Shown here: positions 35,130 through 36,824 of the stretch, piece by piece | Layout: every line of letters starts with the position of its first letter | Position numbering within the stretch: position 1 is the stretch's first letter | Assembly: GCA_905210385.1 (NCBI GenBank) | Contig: CAJLWS010000001.1 | Span: 1 to 36,824 of the forward strand | From: an uncultured Eubacteriales bacterium | Lineage (GTDB): Bacteria > Bacillota > Clostridia > Oscillospirales > Oscillospiraceae | DNA length: 36,824 nt | Direction of reading: 5' to 3' | The notes under the pieces: model-generated | Seen by the model: only the letters and a program-made list of their open reading frames with translations | What the model was told of the DNA's origin: nothing | The model's database searches: none | Translations under genes and position numbers: made by a program

Positions 35130-36824
35130 ATGAAATTTCGTGAATTGGGTCTCATCGACCCCCTTGTGAAGGCTCTGGAAAAGCAGGGCTACACCGACCC
35201 CACCCCCATTCAAGAGGGGGCCATTCCCCCGGCCCTGGCGGGCCGGGATGTGCTGGGCTGCGCCCAGACGGGCACGGGTAAGACCTGCGCCTTTGCAACC
35301 CCCATTCTTCAACGCCTCAATGGCCGGACCCCCAATCCCCGGGTTATCCGCGCTCTGATCCTTACCCCTACCAGGGAGCTGGCCATCCAAATTCAGGACA
35401 GCTTTGAGGCCTATGGTTGTTACTTGTCCCTGCGCTCCGCCGTCATCTTTGGTGGAGTAGGCCAGCAGCCCCAGGTGGACAAGATCCGTCAGGGGCTGGA
35501 CATCCTGGTGGCCACCCCCGGCCGGCTGTTGGACCTCCATGGCCAGGGCCTGCTGGATCTGAGCCATATTGAGATTTTTGTGCTGGACGAGGCCGACCGA
35601 ATGCTGGATATGGGCTTCATCCACGATGTGCGCCGGGTGATCAAGCTGCTGCCCCAGAAGAAACAGACCCTGTTTTTCTCTGCCACCATGCCCCCGGAGG
35701 TGATGGACCTGGTGAACAGCTTGCTCCGCGACTATGCCCGCGTAGCGGTGGACCCGGTGTCCTCTCCGGTGGAGGTTATTCGCCAGTCCCTGTACTACGT
35801 GGACAAGGCCAACAAGACCAAGCTGCTGGCCTGGCTGCTGGAGGAGCAGAACATTCCCTCCGCCCTGGTGTTCTCCCGTACTAAGCACGGGGCCAACCGC
35901 ATTGCCCAGGATCTGAACAAGCGGGGTATCTCCGCCGCCGCCATCCACGGCAACAAGAGCCAGACCGCCCGGGTGCAGGCGCTGAACGACTTCAAAGCGG
36001 GCCGGGTACGGGTGCTGGTGGCCACCGACATTGCCGCCCGGGGCATCGACATTGACCAGCTGCCCTGCGTCTTCAACTACAATCTGCCCGACGTGCCCGA
36101 GACTTATGTCCACCGGATTGGGCGTACCGGCCGGGCGGGGCATGAGGGCATTGCCATTTCCTTTTGCCAGTTTGATGAGCAGGAGGAGCTGAAGGGCATT
36201 GAGAAGCTGTTGGGCCGGAAGATTCCCGTGGTGGCTAATCACCCCTGGCCCATGGCTAACTTCGATCCGCCCCAGAAGGATAAGCACGGCCGTCCGGTAA
36301 ACGCTGAGGACGCGGAGGCCCGGGCCGCGGCCAAGGAGCGCCGCCGGGCCCGGGACGCGGAGGACAAAGCGCGTGCCCAGGCGGAAAAGGAGGCGGTCCA
36401 AGGCCCCGGGCCCATTTTGGAGGCGCAGGGGGCCTTGGAACCGGAGAAAAAGAAACGCCGACGGAGGAAATCTGGCGTTGGCGGACAGCTCGCAGAAGCA
36501 GCGGGGCCGATTTTCCGGGAAACGCAGCCAGAGCCCGATTTCGAACGGGAGCGGCCCCTGGCCCGAGGGGTGCGCCAGGGCAAGCTGGAGGATCCCCTGC
36601 CAGACCAGCCGGCGATGCCCGCTGCTGATTTTTACAAGCCAAACCCGCTGGACTCCGACGTGATCATGGATGCCACTGCCCGGCTGCTAGCTCCCCGGCG
36701 GTCCGTGTTGAGGGGCCCCGGAAAGCGGCGGGAGCCGGAGAAAAAGCAGAAACAGGTGGCGGCTCAGCCGTCCCAGCAGGAACGAAAGGGCCGGCAGGAG
36801 AAGCCCGAGACGGAGCAGCCGGCA
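35130..36824 (+). CDS. DEAD-box RNA helicase (RhlE-like), runs off window end
   Basis: Manual translation from ATG 35130: PTPIQ, AQTGTGKT, PTRELA, TPGRL, LDEADRMLDMGF, SATM, ATDIAARGID, YVHRIGRTGRAG, then a low-complexity charged tail. Confidence 0.95.
   Translation, partial: MKFRELGLIDPLVKALEKQGYTDPTPIQEGAIPPALAGRDVLGCAQTGTGKTCAFATPILQRLNGRTPNPRVIRALILTPTRELAIQIQDSFEAYGCYLSLRSAVIFGGVGQQPQVDKIRQGLDILVATPGRLLDLHGQGLLDLSHIEIFVLDEADRMLDMGFIHDVRRVIKLLPQKKQTLFFSATMPPEVMDLVNSLLRDYARVAVDPVSSPVEVIRQSLYYVDKANKTKLLAWLLEEQNIPSALVFSRTKHGANRIAQDLNKRGISAAAIHGNKSQTARVQALNDFKAGRVRVLVATDIAARGIDIDQLPCVFNYNLPDVPETYVHRIGRTGRAGHEGIAISFCQFDEQEELKGIEKLLGRKIPVVANHPWPMANFDPPQKDKHGRPVNAEDAEARAAAKERRRARDAEDKARAQAEKEAVQGPGPILEAQGALEPEKKKRRRRKSGVGGQLAEAAGPIFRETQPEPDFERERPLARGVRQGKLEDPLPDQPAMPAADFYKPNPLDSDVIMDATARLLAPRRSVLRGPGKRREPEKKQKQVAAQPSQQERKGRQEKPETEQPA

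Noticed and set aside
34899..36401. Long antisense ORFs (also 2-550, 13-534, 1290-2552, 6541-7773)
   Set aside because: Shadow frames opposite well-supported genes (helicase, gyrB, recF, yidC) in GC-rich DNA, with no recognisable motifs.

Overview
This is the replication-origin region of a GC-rich clostridial (Oscillospiraceae-like) chromosome; the taxon is inferred from gene content. Left to right it holds gyrB(partial)-PH protein-remB-recF-yaaA-dnaN-[oriC]-dnaA, then rpmH-rnpA-yidD-yidC-jag, NUDIX-GNAT-decarboxylase-darA-holB-ricT, and a minus-strand mnmA-miaA-hfq-HlyD-like-yggS-sepF-divIVA block. Next come a ~13 kb sigma54-controlled catabolic cluster (Opp-type ABC importer, BKACE, cyclase-family hydrolase, thiolase, HMG-CoA-lyase-like, CoA-transferase-like), a candidate 6S-like RNA, an ECF sigma/anti-sigma pair, aroK and a partial DEAD-box helicase. 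The most unusual signal is two copies of a 130-175 bp multi-hairpin element (1211-1343 on +, 18293-18465 on -), inserted inside recF and miaA. Each copy starts with GTTCCCCACG, is followed by a mostly synonymously recoded replacement of the displaced gene end, carries a 14-15 nt segment complementary to its own insertion junction, and is read through by a mini-ORF that could preserve translational coupling. No mobilising enzyme is encoded in the window, so the mechanism is inference.
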